The notes under the pieces: generated by a model
Told to the model about the DNA's origin: nothing
Seen by the model: the letters and a program-made list of their open reading frames with translations, nothing else
Databases searched by the model: none
Sequence record: PQ898399.1
Strand: one strand, 5' to 3'
Length of the DNA: 64,000 nt
Position numbers and translations under genes: made by a program
Shown here: positions 52,405-62,801 of the stretch, one piece after another
Layout: the number at the start of each line of letters is the position of its first letter
Numbering within the stretch: the first letter of the stretch is position 1

Positions 52405-54347
52405 TGTGCAATAGGCTCCAATGTGATGGTCGTGTATTGAGGACGAAGATCATTCTCAAATACAATCAATGAACCATCTTTAGTGAAAATGTTGTTTTCT
52501 TTTGGTGAAGAATAAAGCTCAATTGATTGAACGTCAAATAAACTTGAGTTAATATTAAGAGCTGCGATATTCCAATAGATATAATCAGATGGATAATCTA
52601 CTTCACCAACAACGAAATATGTATTTCTTCCATCAGTTACTGGAAGCTTTTCAAAATCACTACCGGTATAAATTGGAGCGGCTGGAGTAGCTGCTAAATC
52701 CCCGGCTTTAAATGGCCCAAGAACAATTTTACCTTTTTTGCCATCACCGACAGTACCAGCTAAACGTACCATGTAAGATGAAGAGCCTTTAATGAATTTG
52801 AATTCGCTTGATTTTAAACTGCGTGGAGTAATCTGGTTATAGTATTTAATACCTGAAGATGGAGTTTCAAAGAAGTTTTGAACTTCACGAATCATTTCAA
52901 TTTCGGCAGATGAACCGATAATTGAATGGTCTGCTCTGTCAACATAAGTCAGCATTCTTGACTTAGCAAATTGAGCATTGAAAATTTCAACTTCATTTGT
53001 GTAATACTCATCAATTTTATCGATGATTTGTCCATGTAACCACTGCTCTGATTCTTGAAGTTTGTTTAAAGCATAAGTAACTTTAATTTTATGCTTCAAG
53101 AACAAATAGTTCGGAGAAATAACAGATGGAGTAATCGTAGCCAAGTTAAATGGCTTCAGATAGTTCTGAATGTCTTCTCTTTGAACAGAAGTTAAGTACA
53201 GTCCAGATTTTGGTTTAATTGCAATAAATGCATAGCCAGGTTTATATTGGTCAGTAAATGTCTGTACAGCTTGAACTATTGAACCGAAGCGCTCTGAAAC
53301 GAAAGTATCATAGTCAGTTGCGGTTACGCAACGAGCTTGAGCTTCTCTTTTGATAGTTCCTAGTTCACGAATACGTTCAATATCTTCAGGGTCACCACCA
53401 CCATCAGCACCAACGTAATCTGGAGAATCATCTGGGTTTTCGTAGATTTTCTGTACACTTATATACGGGAGTGTATCAGCATAAGAAAATTCAGTAGCAC
53501 CGTTTGCTCGTTCACCATCAGTACGAATATATTCAATAACGATAGTTTGGTCTTGAATAGGTTTTAACCCGCCGATGTAGTTAGCTTCTAAAGCTGCGCC
53601 AGCGACGGAAACAGATTGCTCACCTTCTCCAAAGAAGAATTCGGTGTGACCATCTACAGTTTCGCGCATGTAATAAATTGTTGATGTAGAACCAGCGTGC
53701 ACCATTGACTTGTAAGTCCAGTTAGTCCATTCTGCACCATCAACGAATAAACGAACCTCTGAACGGTCGATATTTTCGTCCCTGATGATAATTGGTTTCA
53801 ACTTATTGTATTTTAATTCAGTGCGAACAATACGACCTTGTGCTAGTTTAACACGAGGGAAATATAAGTTGTTTTGGTCTTTTAACGCAATTACGTCTTC
53901 AGTAGTTACGAATGGATACGGGTCAGCACTTGTGTCTCGAGCGTATGCAAGGAATCTTGTTCCGCGAGGAATTCTTAAACTGTTTTCATTCAATGCATGA
54001 GTACATTCCAGCATGATTTGTGTTTTAGCTGCCGAACGAGAAGATGGAAGATATCCATTATCTTGAGCTGCTTGAACAACTGAGCTTCTGAGGTTGGCAG
54101 TACGCATGAATGATTCATACACTGCACTATTACCGAATTGCTGAATGTAAAGAGTGTTGTATGCTAAGAGGTCCAGCAGTACGTTCATGCGTGAACCTTC
54201 GAAATCATAATCTAAAAACTCATTTTGGCCACGCAGCCAGTCAACGAAGTTCTTTTTAATTTCTTGGAACGTGCCGCCGATGAAAACTTCAGGAATCGCA
54301 TTCGCGGTTCTTTTTAATTGATAGTTAAAGGGTTCAGTAGTTGCCAT
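52401..54347 (-). CDS. 6: Baseplate wedge subunit
   Basis: DYDFEGSR, LLAYNT, RCVTATDY. Confidence 0.97.
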   Translation of the reverse strand: MATTEPFNYQLKRTANAIPEVFIGGTFQEIKKNFVDWLRGQNEFLDYDFEGSRMNVLLDLLAYNTLYIQQFGNSAVYESFMRTANLRSSVVQAAQDNGYLPSSRSAAKTQIMLECTHALNENSLRIPRGTRFLAYARDTSADPYPFVTTEDVIALKDQNNLYFPRVKLAQGRIVRTELKYNKLKPIIIRDENIDRSEVRLFVDGAEWTNWTYKSMVHAGSTSTIYYMRETVDGHTEFFFGEGEQSVSVAGAALEANYIGGLKPIQDQTIVIEYIRTDGERANGATEFSYADTLPYISVQKIYENPDDSPDYVGADGGGDPEDIERIRELGTIKREAQARCVTATDYDTFVSERFGSIVQAVQTFTDQYKPGYAFIAIKPKSGLYLTSVQREDIQNYLKPFNLATITPSVISPNYLFLKHKIKVTYALNKLQESEQWLHGQIIDKIDEYYTNEVEIFNAQFAKSRMLTYVDRADHSIIGSSAEIEMIREVQNFFETPSSGIKYYNQITPRSLKSSEFKFIKGSSSYMVRLAGTVGDGKKGKIVLGPFKAGDLAATPAAPIYTGSDFEKLPVTDGRNTYFVVGEVDYPSDYIYWNIAALNINSSLFDVQSIELYSSPKENNIFTKDGSLIVFENDLRPQYTTITLEPIAQ

Positions 54348-54351
54348 TGTT

Positions 54352-54648
54352 TTATCCGTGAATGAATACTTTGTTACTCGATTCGGCTACAGTGTCACCG
54401 CAAGAAATAGGGTCAGCCATTTGAACGGCTTTCTTTCCTGTAACGAACACTTTACTTGTACGAGGTTGAACAGAACCCCCGTGAGTGTCGTAGGGTTTAA
54501 CTGTTTTAGTATGAGGAGTTATTTGGTCTCCATCTACTAGAACTGCAATTCCACCAACAAATACTTTTCCTTGAGTCGCATTTACTTGCGTTGGAGGATA
54601 AGCAGAGTGGCCTGCAGTTAAAGCTTTGTCATAACTTAATCCGGCCAT
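54352..54648 (-). CDS. 5.4: PAAR-repeat spike tip
   Basis: [24 protein letters not shown]. Confidence 0.95.
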   Translation of the reverse strand: MAGLSYDKALTAGHSAYPPTQVNATQGKVFVGGIAVLVDGDQITPHTKTVKPYDTHGGSVQPRTSKVFVTGKKAVQMADPISCGDTVAESSNKVFIHG

Positions 54649-55152
54649 TTATGGTCTCGCATATACGTATGAGCGAAGTTGTTCAGCCCATTTGCTCCAA
54701 TTACCATACACCAGCTGAGAATATGTTTTGGTCATTTCCATTTTAACTGGAGGAGGTGTGACAGGTTCACCAGATGGTCCTGTAGTGTCTTCGCCTTGTC
54801 TCCAATATATAACCTTAACTGTGTACGTAAAGGTCCTCTCAAGTTTAGAGGGGGCTTTCCAGAGGTATAAATCGGCTGTACCAGAAGGTGGTAAAGATTC
54901 CCACGATTGGGCTACTTTAAATTCATCACCTTCTCGATATTTAAGAGCATCTCCTGCAAAGGAAAAGACGCTTTCATATACGCCTTTGTAATTGGCTCCT
55001 GAAACCGTAATCCCAGGAGTAGGTTGAAAATCAATTATATTTATAGACTCTAATGTGTCTGTTGCTTCTAATTGAGCTGTGAATGTTTGATTAACTGAAC
55101 CGCCTTCTTGAATATCAGGCAGTTCAGTGTTTACTGGAAGTATGTCAACCAT
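54649..55152 (-). CDS. 5.1: Gp5.1
   Basis: ADLYLWKAP, GNWSKWA..LRSYVY. Confidence 0.9.
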   Translation of the reverse strand: MVDILPVNTELPDIQEGGSVNQTFTAQLEATDTLESINIIDFQPTPGITVSGANYKGVYESVFSFAGDALKYREGDEFKVAQSWESLPPSGTADLYLWKAPSKLERTFTYTVKVIYWRQGEDTTGPSGEPVTPPPVKMEMTKTYSQLVYGNWSKWAEQLRSYVYARP

Positions 55153-55159
55153 TATTACC

Positions 55160-56890
55160 TCAACCGATATCGATACGTGAACCGTCGACAGTGTACTGAC
55201 CAGATGCTTTAGAACTCATTGTCTGCATAGTTTCAGCCCAGTTTCCGGTGACATTCATTGACACGTTACCTTTAACAGACCAAGTGACATTACCATTGAC
55301 AGTGTAGTCGTGGTTGCCTTCAACTTGTGTTTTTGCATCGCCCTTCACAAGAATATCAGCATTTCCATCAACAACAATTTTGATATTACCCTTCACATAA
55401 AGGGTTCCGTCGCCTTCAATAGTTTTAGTTTCATCACCACGAATAAAGAGAGTATTGTTTCCATCGATTTGGTTAATCTTATTAGCCATATTGTAATAAG
55501 TTTCATCACCACCGACGTTGACTTTCTTATCGCCTGAAATTAAAATATTTCCGTCACCACCGGTCATATCATAAAGGTCGCCTACAGTTTTTCTTGTTCT
55601 TCGTCCGTCAGGAGCAACTTCTTCGTATGTTCCGGTTGGATGAACAATACGATAACGTTCATATCCTGGAGTATCATCAAATTCTTGAATATGTCCAGAC
55701 TCAGTTTCCATTGTATGGACATATGGATATTGACCGTTATATGACGATGGCGGTTCTTTAAAAAGTATTCTTCCGGTTTGAGGAACTGGTGGTCCCCACG
55801 GGTCAGATGACCCAGTTGCCATAGCTACAGCAGCCGCTGATAAACTTTTTGGGCTTGGAGGAGATACTGGAATACCATATGACTCCAAGTTACCGGTCAA
55901 TATAATCATTGAAACACGAGATGCTCGTCCTTTGGTCTGTTGGAACCAACGAGAATTTCTTGCTTCATTATAGGCAGTTTTCCAATCACCAATGAACATA
56001 GCTGCGAGCATGCCAGTGAATTTAGCTACACCACCTACACCCATCTGGAAACTCATATTTTCCAAAGCCATTTGACGAGACTTATTCATCTTGGCATAAA
56101 CTGGACCAACAGCAGAGTTAGCTTTAATATCTTTTTGAACTTTTTCAACATCTTGTTCAAAGAGCATAGATGCTTCATCAATTGAAATAGAACCTGGGTT
56201 TCCAGTCACTTCTCGTCCTATTTGCTTAGAAAGAGCTTTATTTGCTCCAGCCATGTCTCCCTGAGAGAATTCACCGATAAAATGACCTATACCAACTGTG
56301 TATCCTTTAACGTCCCAATAAACTTTCAAACGGAGACCTTCGTCACGACGAAGCATTGCTTCTATTGTGTAATTCGGATTATTGTCTTCCGGGATATTAG
56401 AAAGGTCAGTATCATCTGGATTAATACCAGTGTCAAGGTTACTATCTTGAACTATATTCGCGGTATAATCGTCGCCTTCGACTCCACCCTGGTTCAATGC
56501 GTTAGTGTCATTACCAAGATATCGAGGATATTGTCCAGTCGGGTCAGAGAATCCTTCTGTTCTATTTGGACGAGCAGTTGCGTTTGCTGCATACGTTCCA
56601 AGAATAATTCCGTTTTGTCTGTATTTGTCTAAAAAATGACCATACACATGAGTCCCTTCAACGGGGCCAGTAACTGAACCACCAACACCAGAAATAGCTG
56701 CAGATGTTACAGGAAATATTGGACTCATCCATGGAAGGTCTTCAGTTGGAACACCCATTACTGGGCCTTGAGTCTTCTGGAATGGATGAAGCCCATGCAC
56801 TCTTACGCGTACGCGACCACGCTTAAGCGGGTCCATTCTATCTTCAACAACCCCTGTGAACCATTGAAGAGAGTTACTAATCATTTCCAT
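55160..56890 (-). CDS. 5: Baseplate hub needle with T4-lysozyme domain
   Basis: OB fold GVVEDRMDP, MLRRDEGLRLKVYWD, C-terminal VxGxxxxx beta-helix repeats. Confidence 0.98.
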   Translation of the reverse strand: MEMISNSLQWFTGVVEDRMDPLKRGRVRVRVHGLHPFQKTQGPVMGVPTEDLPWMSPIFPVTSAAISGVGGSVTGPVEGTHVYGHFLDKYRQNGIILGTYAANATARPNRTEGFSDPTGQYPRYLGNDTNALNQGGVEGDDYTANIVQDSNLDTGINPDDTDLSNIPEDNNPNYTIEAMLRRDEGLRLKVYWDVKGYTVGIGHFIGEFSQGDMAGANKALSKQIGREVTGNPGSISIDEASMLFEQDVEKVQKDIKANSAVGPVYAKMNKSRQMALENMSFQMGVGGVAKFTGMLAAMFIGDWKTAYNEARNSRWFQQTKGRASRVSMIILTGNLESYGIPVSPPSPKSLSAAAVAMATGSSDPWGPPVPQTGRILFKEPPSSYNGQYPYVHTMETESGHIQEFDDTPGYERYRIVHPTGTYEEVAPDGRRTRKTVGDLYDMTGGDGNILISGDKKVNVGGDETYYNMANKINQIDGNNTLFIRGDETKTIEGDGTLYVKGNIKIVVDGNADILVKGDAKTQVEGNHDYTVNGNVTWSVKGNVSMNVTGNWAETMQTMSSKASGQYTVDGSRIDIG

Positions 56891-57465
56891 TATGCAATCT
56901 CCATCTCACGGATTAAGTCTGCAATAAAAGTGTCAATATCAGCAGGAGAAATAATTTTGATTTGACGTTTCTTTTCATTTTCAAGAATAGCTGCTTCATA
57001 AACATCTACAGCTGCTAAAGCACCTTGATATTGAGGATGTTCTTGAAGAGTATCTCCTTTGTCATACCATGTGCCTGGATTAGTTTCAGATTCTACTAAG
57101 TTATAGTATCTTTCTCCTTTAGCATCAACATGGTACAACACCTGATTTCCACCAGCATTTTCATATCTCTGTTCAGAAGCTCTATAAGCCGCTTCTTGGC
57201 TTGTAATCCAACCGTAGTAAGGGTCATAGTTATCATTACACATCAGAAGTACCCAATACAATTGAGGGTTGCCATAAATGATGTTAGACAACTCTTCAGG
57301 TCGTGGAGAACCTTGGATATAATATGTGCGCAGACGATAGTTAGCAGCAACTCTTTTGAAGTATGCTTTATAGTTTCTGAAAATGTCTGTCATGGAAATA
57401 GGCTTAGCGTTTTCATCAACCGTTTTAGCGGTGTATGTAATAGGGTCAAAAAAGCTGAATAACAT
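56890..57465 (-). CDS. 53: Baseplate wedge subunit
   Basis: MLFSFFDPI, GSPRPEELS..YGN..LYW. Confidence 0.96.
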   Translation of the reverse strand: MLFSFFDPITYTAKTVDENAKPISMTDIFRNYKAYFKRVAANYRLRTYYIQGSPRPEELSNIIYGNPQLYWVLLMCNDNYDPYYGWITSQEAAYRASEQRYENAGGNQVLYHVDAKGERYYNLVESETNPGTWYDKGDTLQEHPQYQGALAAVDVYEAAILENEKKRQIKIISPADIDTFIADLIREMEIA

Positions 57466-57478
57466 AAAGCCTCCACTT

Positions 57479-57486
57479 TATAAATA
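57479..57486 (+). promoter_or_regulatory. Late promoter for gene 4
   Basis: TATAAATA. Confidence 0.85.
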
Positions 57487-57514
57487 GTAATATTATTTAT
57501 TAGAGGAAAATGAA

Positions 57515-57964
57515 ATGGCGTACTCCGGCAAATTCATGCCTAAGAACCATGAAAAGTACAGGGGTGATATTCGTAAAATTACATATCGCTCATCCTGGGA
57601 GTCGTGGTTCATGAAATGGCTCGATGCAAATCCAGAAATAGTTAAATGGAATAGTGAAGAAGTTGTTATTCCTTATTTCTGTAATGCGGATGGTAAAAAA
57701 CGTAGATACTTTATGGATTTTTGGTTCAGAGATGTAAATGGCCAAGAATTCTTTGTTGAAGTTAAACCAAAGAAAGAGACTCAACCGCCTCCAAAGCCTG
57801 CTAAACTTACAACAGCAGCAAAGAAAAGATATATCGATGAGATATACACGTGGAGCGTGAATCAGGATAAATGGACAGCTGCTCAAAAGGTTGCTGAAAA
57901 GAATAACATCAAATTCAGATTGCTTACAGAAGATGGTCTGAAGAGATTAGGGTGGAAAGGCTAA
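57515..57964 (+). CDS. 4: Head completion protein (TnsA-like endonuclease fold)
   Basis: MAYSGKF, YRSSWE, RRYFMDF, EVKP. Confidence 0.96.
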   Translation: MAYSGKFMPKNHEKYRGDIRKITYRSSWESWFMKWLDANPEIVKWNSEEVVIPYFCNADGKKRRYFMDFWFRDVNGQEFFVEVKPKKETQPPPKPAKLTTAAKKRYIDEIYTWSVNQDKWTAAQKVAEKNNIKFRLLTEDGLKRLGWKG

Positions 57965-58794
57965 TGGCTATATTTGAATTGCTTAATGAAGGTGCTCAAC
58001 CGATAGCTCGAACAGTCCCTAAAGACGAAAGAAAATGGGTAGAGATAGGTGTAGAATATGCTGAAGCGAAAAAGAAAGGTGCCACCGCCAAATCTTTTGC
58101 CGAAGAAAAAGGCATAAAATATGCTACATTCACAAAAGCTATGAGCAGATATTCTTCGAGAATTAAGACAGCTGTTCAAGTTGCTAAACTCGAAGGAAAG
58201 AATCCAAAGAAACTTACTCGTCAAGAAAGACAACTTGTGATGATTAACAGTTTCCGTCAGAGCATTCGTCAAAAGATTGCTAACGAAGGCGCAGCTGTTA
58301 ACAATAAGTCAGCTCGTTGGTTCAACGAGACAATGAAGAAAAATATTCGTGGTCATCAGGTATCAAAACCTACTCCAGGAAAACTTTATGCTTATATGTA
58401 TGATGCTAAACATAAAGACACACTTCCATTCTGGGATAGATTTCCATTGATTATTTATTTGGGATTGGGTAAACAAGGCTCAACTACGTTGATGTATGGC
58501 TTGAACTTGCACTATATTCCACCAAAAGCACGACAACAGTTTCTCGAAGAGTTGCTAAAGCAATATGCTAACACTCCGACTATTACTAACAAAACTAAGT
58601 TGAAGATTAATTGGAGCCAAGTTAAGGGTTTCGCTGGCGCGGATAAGATGATTAAAGCTTATCTTCCTGGTCATATCAAAGGAAGTTTAGTAGAAATTAA
58701 GCCAGCAGACTGGGCTAACGTTGTTATGTTACCAACTCAACAGTTCATGTCAAAAGGCAAACGTTATTCTGCTACTGCTGTTTGGAAATCTTAA
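57964..58794 (+). CDS. 2: DNA end protector protein
   Basis: [29 protein letters not shown]. Confidence 0.96.
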   Translation: MAIFELLNEGAQPIARTVPKDERKWVEIGVEYAEAKKKGATAKSFAEEKGIKYATFTKAMSRYSSRIKTAVQVAKLEGKNPKKLTRQERQLVMINSFRQSIRQKIANEGAAVNNKSARWFNETMKKNIRGHQVSKPTPGKLYAYMYDAKHKDTLPFWDRFPLIIYLGLGKQGSTTLMYGLNLHYIPPKARQQFLEELLKQYANTPTITNKTKLKINWSQVKGFAGADKMIKAYLPGHIKGSLVEIKPADWANVVMLPTQQFMSKGKRYSATAVWKS

Positions 58795-58875
58795 TCCATC
58801 TTCTTCCGGATTGATTGATATTGATTGCTCCGGAAGAACTCAAAACCATTATAACTACTTCAGAAGGAAAGCGAA

Positions 58876-59466
58876 TTGGACGCCAATCAACTTTTTAACC
58901 AAACGAATATTACTAACTTTATAGTAGATATTCCTGATGCTGGATTGACAAAAGCTTTTACGCTTAACGTGCAATCAGCTAATATACCAGGTATACGCAT
59001 CCCTATCACTGAAACTCCATCTGGACAAGGTGGTCTAGCACGTTCTCAACTGCCAGGCTCAACTTTTGAGCATGACCCACTGGTCATACGCTTTTTAGTC
59101 GATGAAGACCTAAACTCTTGGCTTCAGATGTATCAATGGATGCTTTCGATTAACAACTACGTAGATTTTAACTCTCAAGCGTGGAAACCCGGATTCGTTC
59201 CACCTCATGTTTCTGTGCATATGCTTGATAACTCCAAGAAGAAAATTGTAATGAGTTTTCATTATTATGGAGCTTGGTGTTCTGATTTAGGCGAAGTAGA
59301 ATTCAGCTATACTGAAGATACTGACCCGGCTGTTATTTGCACTGCAATGTTCCCATTCAAGTATTTGCAAATAGAAAAAGATGGTAAAATCATAGTAGGT
59401 AAACAAAATATCGAACAGGCTGCTCAGTCTCGTTCATCTGTTGGAATGCATCCTTCTATGAGGTAA
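58876..59466 (+). CDS. 3: Tail tube terminator
   Basis: FNQTNITNF, IPGIRIP, DPLVIRFLVDE; apparent TTG start with AAGGA SD. Confidence 0.92.
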   Translation: MDANQLFNQTNITNFIVDIPDAGLTKAFTLNVQSANIPGIRIPITETPSGQGGLARSQLPGSTFEHDPLVIRFLVDEDLNSWLQMYQWMLSINNYVDFNSQAWKPGFVPPHVSVHMLDNSKKKIVMSFHYYGAWCSDLGEVEFSYTEDTDPAVICTAMFPFKYLQIEKDGKIIVGKQNIEQAAQSRSSVGMHPSMR

Positions 59467-59467
59467 T

Positions 59468-60192
59468 ATGAAACTTATTTTCATCATAGGTAAGAAACGG
59501 TCAGGTAAAGATACCACCGCTGACTATCTTGCGAATAACTACAAAACTAAAAAGTTCCAGCTTGCTGGTCCAATTAAAGATACATTAGCTGATTGCTGGA
59601 ATCCAGATTTGACCCAAAAAACTGGTGTATCTTTGAACCGCCTTGATTTTGAAGGTAAAGGTTATGACCGCGAACAGATTCTGTTGCTGAATAACAAAGA
59701 CGTCATCGATTACATGAAACGGTGTGTTTATCGTCTTTTGGACCGCAAATTAAAAGCTGGAAAAAGAGAAAACGGGTTCTTCATTCATGACAATGGTGAT
59801 TTTTCATTTAGTGGAAATACCAAGATTGAAGCCTTAATAAATAAAAATACCAAACCATGGACAGTACGTCGTCTCATGCAGACCCTTGGGACTGATATTT
59901 TCTGCAACATGGTTGACCGCATGTATTGGTTGAAGTTATTCGCTATTGATTATGTCGATAGCTTCCACGACGACCTGGATTTTTACATTGTTCCAGATAC
60001 TCGTCAGGACCATGAACTCGATGCTGCTCGGGCGATGGGTGCTACAGTAATTCATGTAGTTCGTCCAGATAGTGAAAGTTCACAAGATACTCACATCACT
60101 GAAGCTGGTTTACCAATCAGAGACGGTGATATTGTAATAACAAACGATGGTTCTTTAGAGGACCTCTATTCTAAAATTGAAAAGGTAATTAA

Positions 60193-60196
<4 letters not shown>
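59468..60196 (+). CDS. 1: Deoxynucleoside monophosphate kinase
   Basis: GKKRSGKDT, RRLMQTLGTD, PDTRQDHE. Confidence 0.97.
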
Positions 60197-61207
<1,011 letters not shown>

Positions 61208-61215
61208 TTTTAGCC

Positions 61216-61251
61216 GTTTACTTTCCTTGAGGGCTATGATACTATAGCCCT
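61216..61251 (+). promoter_or_regulatory. T4-type early promoter with inverted repeat
   Basis: GTTTAC 61216-61221, TACTAT 61240-61245; AGGGCTAT/ATAGCCCT. Confidence 0.82.
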
Positions 61252-61272
61252 ATCAACACAAGGAGATTAAAA

Positions 61273-61452
61273 ATGAAACGTTGCGAAATCATCGGAAACA
61301 TCTTTACTGTAGTAACCCTGGGAGCACTTGGAACTTCAATCTTCGGATGGCCGTTCCTTTCAAATTCTGAACTCATCAGTAGCGTAGTACTTACACTCGT
61401 TGCTGGTATCATTTCATTCGTTATGGATAAAATTGCAAATGAACCAAATTAA
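61273..61452 (+). CDS. trna.4: Small membrane protein, trna.4-like, 59 aa (absent from the ORF track)
   Basis: MKRCEIIGNIFTVVTLGALG..GIISFVMDKIANEPN; two hydrophobic segments; AGGAG SD. Confidence 0.8.
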   Translation: MKRCEIIGNIFTVVTLGALGTSIFGWPFLSNSELISSVVLTLVAGIISFVMDKIANEPN

Positions 61453-61636
61453 AGAACTGTACACCAAAGCTAAAGCATGGGTTAAGAAAACTTATGATGT
61501 CGATTCTCCGATGAATAAGTTTGACTGGATTCTTATCGGCGTTGCTACTGGCGTTGTTTTAACTGTTATTAAAAGCGTTATAGTTTCTTGTGGTGTACTT
61601 GGTATTTTGATTCATCACGCATACAAACGCGGTTAA
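61439..61636 (+). CDS. Small membrane protein, 65 aa
   Basis: ATG 61439; hydrophobic C-terminal half. Confidence 0.7.
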   Translation: MNQIKELYTKAKAWVKKTYDVDSPMNKFDWILIGVATGVVLTVIKSVIVSCGVLGILIHHAYKRG

Positions 61637-61662
61637 ATGCTTAAAGAGTTACTTGATATTAT
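61635..61662 (+). promoter_or_regulatory. MotA-dependent middle promoter
   Basis: AAATGCTTA 61635-61643, 13 nt, TATTAT 61657-61662. Confidence 0.72.
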
Positions 61663-61679
61663 TAATCTATCGACGGAAC

Positions 61680-61904
61680 ATGATGACTAATCTTGCTCAC
61701 ATGAGGACCGCTTCCAAGGAGACGGTCCGGAATCGGAAAAAGAAGCTCAAAGAACGAATGGCGAGAATCATCAACAATACGTCGATGGAGCCTTCTGAAA
61801 AAATTTTTGTGAAAAATGCAATGAAGTCAATCTTCGATGAATTATCGTTGATTCACCAAAACACTGCGAGAGAACATTATGAGCATCAGCAAAACTTGGC
61901 ATAA
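61680..61904 (+). CDS. Hypothetical basic protein
   Basis: ATG 61680/61683 after GGAA. Confidence 0.65.
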   Translation: MMTNLAHMRTASKETVRNRKKKLKERMARIINNTSMEPSEKIFVKNAMKSIFDELSLIHQNTAREHYEHQQNLA

Positions 61905-62238
61905 AGTCTTTAAAAGCATTCAGGGCTTACGTTCAGACGAATATTACAGCTTTTCAAGCGGTATAAATATACCTATAGAACTGGTTACTCCACAATGGAT
62001 TAAGTCTGATTCAATGGGTAATGAAATTGCTCCTGGCGATATTGTAGCTTTCGATAAAGGTGGAAAAACTGCCGGGTGTATGGTTGGTATCCTTTTAGGA
62101 TGGACTGAGCAAGGTTACCGTGTAGCTGGTTTTCAGACTTCAACCAATTTTCCAGAACATCGCACTATTGAAGGTTCACTTCGTTCACCGCACCAAGTTT
62201 TCTTGGTTAAATCGATGAACTCAACAGTTCTTAAATAA
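61879..62238 (+). CDS. Conserved tRNA-region protein (trna.2/trna.3-like)
   Basis: IELVTP..GNEIAPGDIVAF..GILLG..VFLVKS; synteny. Confidence 0.75.
   Translation: MSISKTWHKVFKSIQGLRSDEYYSFSSGINIPIELVTPQWIKSDSMGNEIAPGDIVAFDKGGKTAGCMVGILLGWTEQGYRVAGFQTSTNFPEHRTIEGSLRSPHQVFLVKSMNSTVLK
61962..61969 (+). promoter_or_regulatory. Intragenic late promoter, probably for the tRNA cluster
   Basis: TATAAATA about 275 nt upstream of the first tRNA. Confidence 0.6.
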
Positions 62239-62243
62239 ATTTC

Positions 62244-62331
62244 GGGGAGTTAATTCCGTAGAGGTAGCGGTGCAGACTGTAAATCTGTTGTCATTGCGAC
62301 TCGGGTGGTTCGACTCCATCACTCCCCACCA
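62244..62331 (+). tRNA. tRNA-Tyr(GTA)
   Basis: Acceptor GGGGAGT/ACTCCCC, loop CT-GTA-AA, long variable arm, encoded CCA. Confidence 0.95.
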
Positions 62332-62337
62332 AATTCA

Positions 62338-62413
62338 GGGAATATAGCTCAGTTGGTAGAGCAAACGACCGATAATCGTTAGGTCACTGGTTCGAGTCCA
62401 GTTATTCCCACCA
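62338..62413 (+). tRNA. tRNA-Ile(GAT) with C33
   Basis: Acceptor GGGAATA/TATTCCC, stem AACGA/TCGTT, loop CC-GAT-AA, CCA. Confidence 0.93.
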
Positions 62414-62449
62414 ATTTGCTTAAAGATATTTTTGATATTATAAATATCT
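62414..62449 (+). promoter_or_regulatory. Overlapping middle and late promoters inside the tRNA cluster
   Basis: ATTTGCTTA 62414-62422, TATTAT 62436-62441, TATAAATA 62439-62446; inverted repeat AGATATTT/AAATATCT. Confidence 0.8.
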
Positions 62450-62451
62450 AC

Positions 62452-62528
62452 AGGACACTAGCTCAGCTGGTTAGAGCACCGGACTTTTAATCCGGGTGTC
62501 GAAAGTTCGAATCTTTCGTGTCCTACCA
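62452..62528 (+). tRNA. tRNA-Lys(TTT)
   Basis: AGGACAC/GTGTCCT, CCGGA-CTTTTAA-TCCGG, CCA. Confidence 0.95.
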
Positions 62529-62529
62529 A

Positions 62530-62604
62530 TCTCCGTTCGTCTATCGGTTAGGACGCCGGCCTTTCACGTCGGAAAGAAGAGTTCAATTCTCTTACGGAGA
62601 ACCA
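62530..62604 (+). tRNA. tRNA-Glu(TTC)
   Basis: TCTCCGT/ACGGAGA, loop CT-TTC-AC, CCA. Confidence 0.94.
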
Positions 62605-62609
62605 AATTT

Positions 62610-62694
62610 GGGTCGTTGGCTGAGAGGGTAAGCGGCGGACTGTTAATCCGTGTCAGAAATGACTAGGCAGGTTCGATACCTGCACGACCCGCCA
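62610..62694 (+). tRNA. tRNA-Asn(GTT) with long variable arm
   Basis: GGGTCGT/ACGACCC, loop CT-GTT-AA, extra arm GTCA-GAAA-TGAC, CCA. Confidence 0.93.
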
Positions 62695-62696
62695 AA

Positions 62697-62800
62697 TATA
62701 GAAATCAGAAGACGTTCTGATAAGTCGTCGGCACTTTAATCCCTGTCTGTGAGTTCCCTCAACGATAACTACACAGTCCAAATTAAATACGGCGCCGAAA
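62697..62800 (+). ncRNA. rnaD: Probable homologue of T4 stable RNA D (species II)
   Basis: AGAAA-hairpin-TAAGTCGTCGG 5' part and ACGGCG 3' part match my recollection of T4 rnaD; helices 62704-62721, 62724-28/62789-93, 62747-55/62767-76. Confidence 0.6.
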
Positions 62801-62801
62801 G

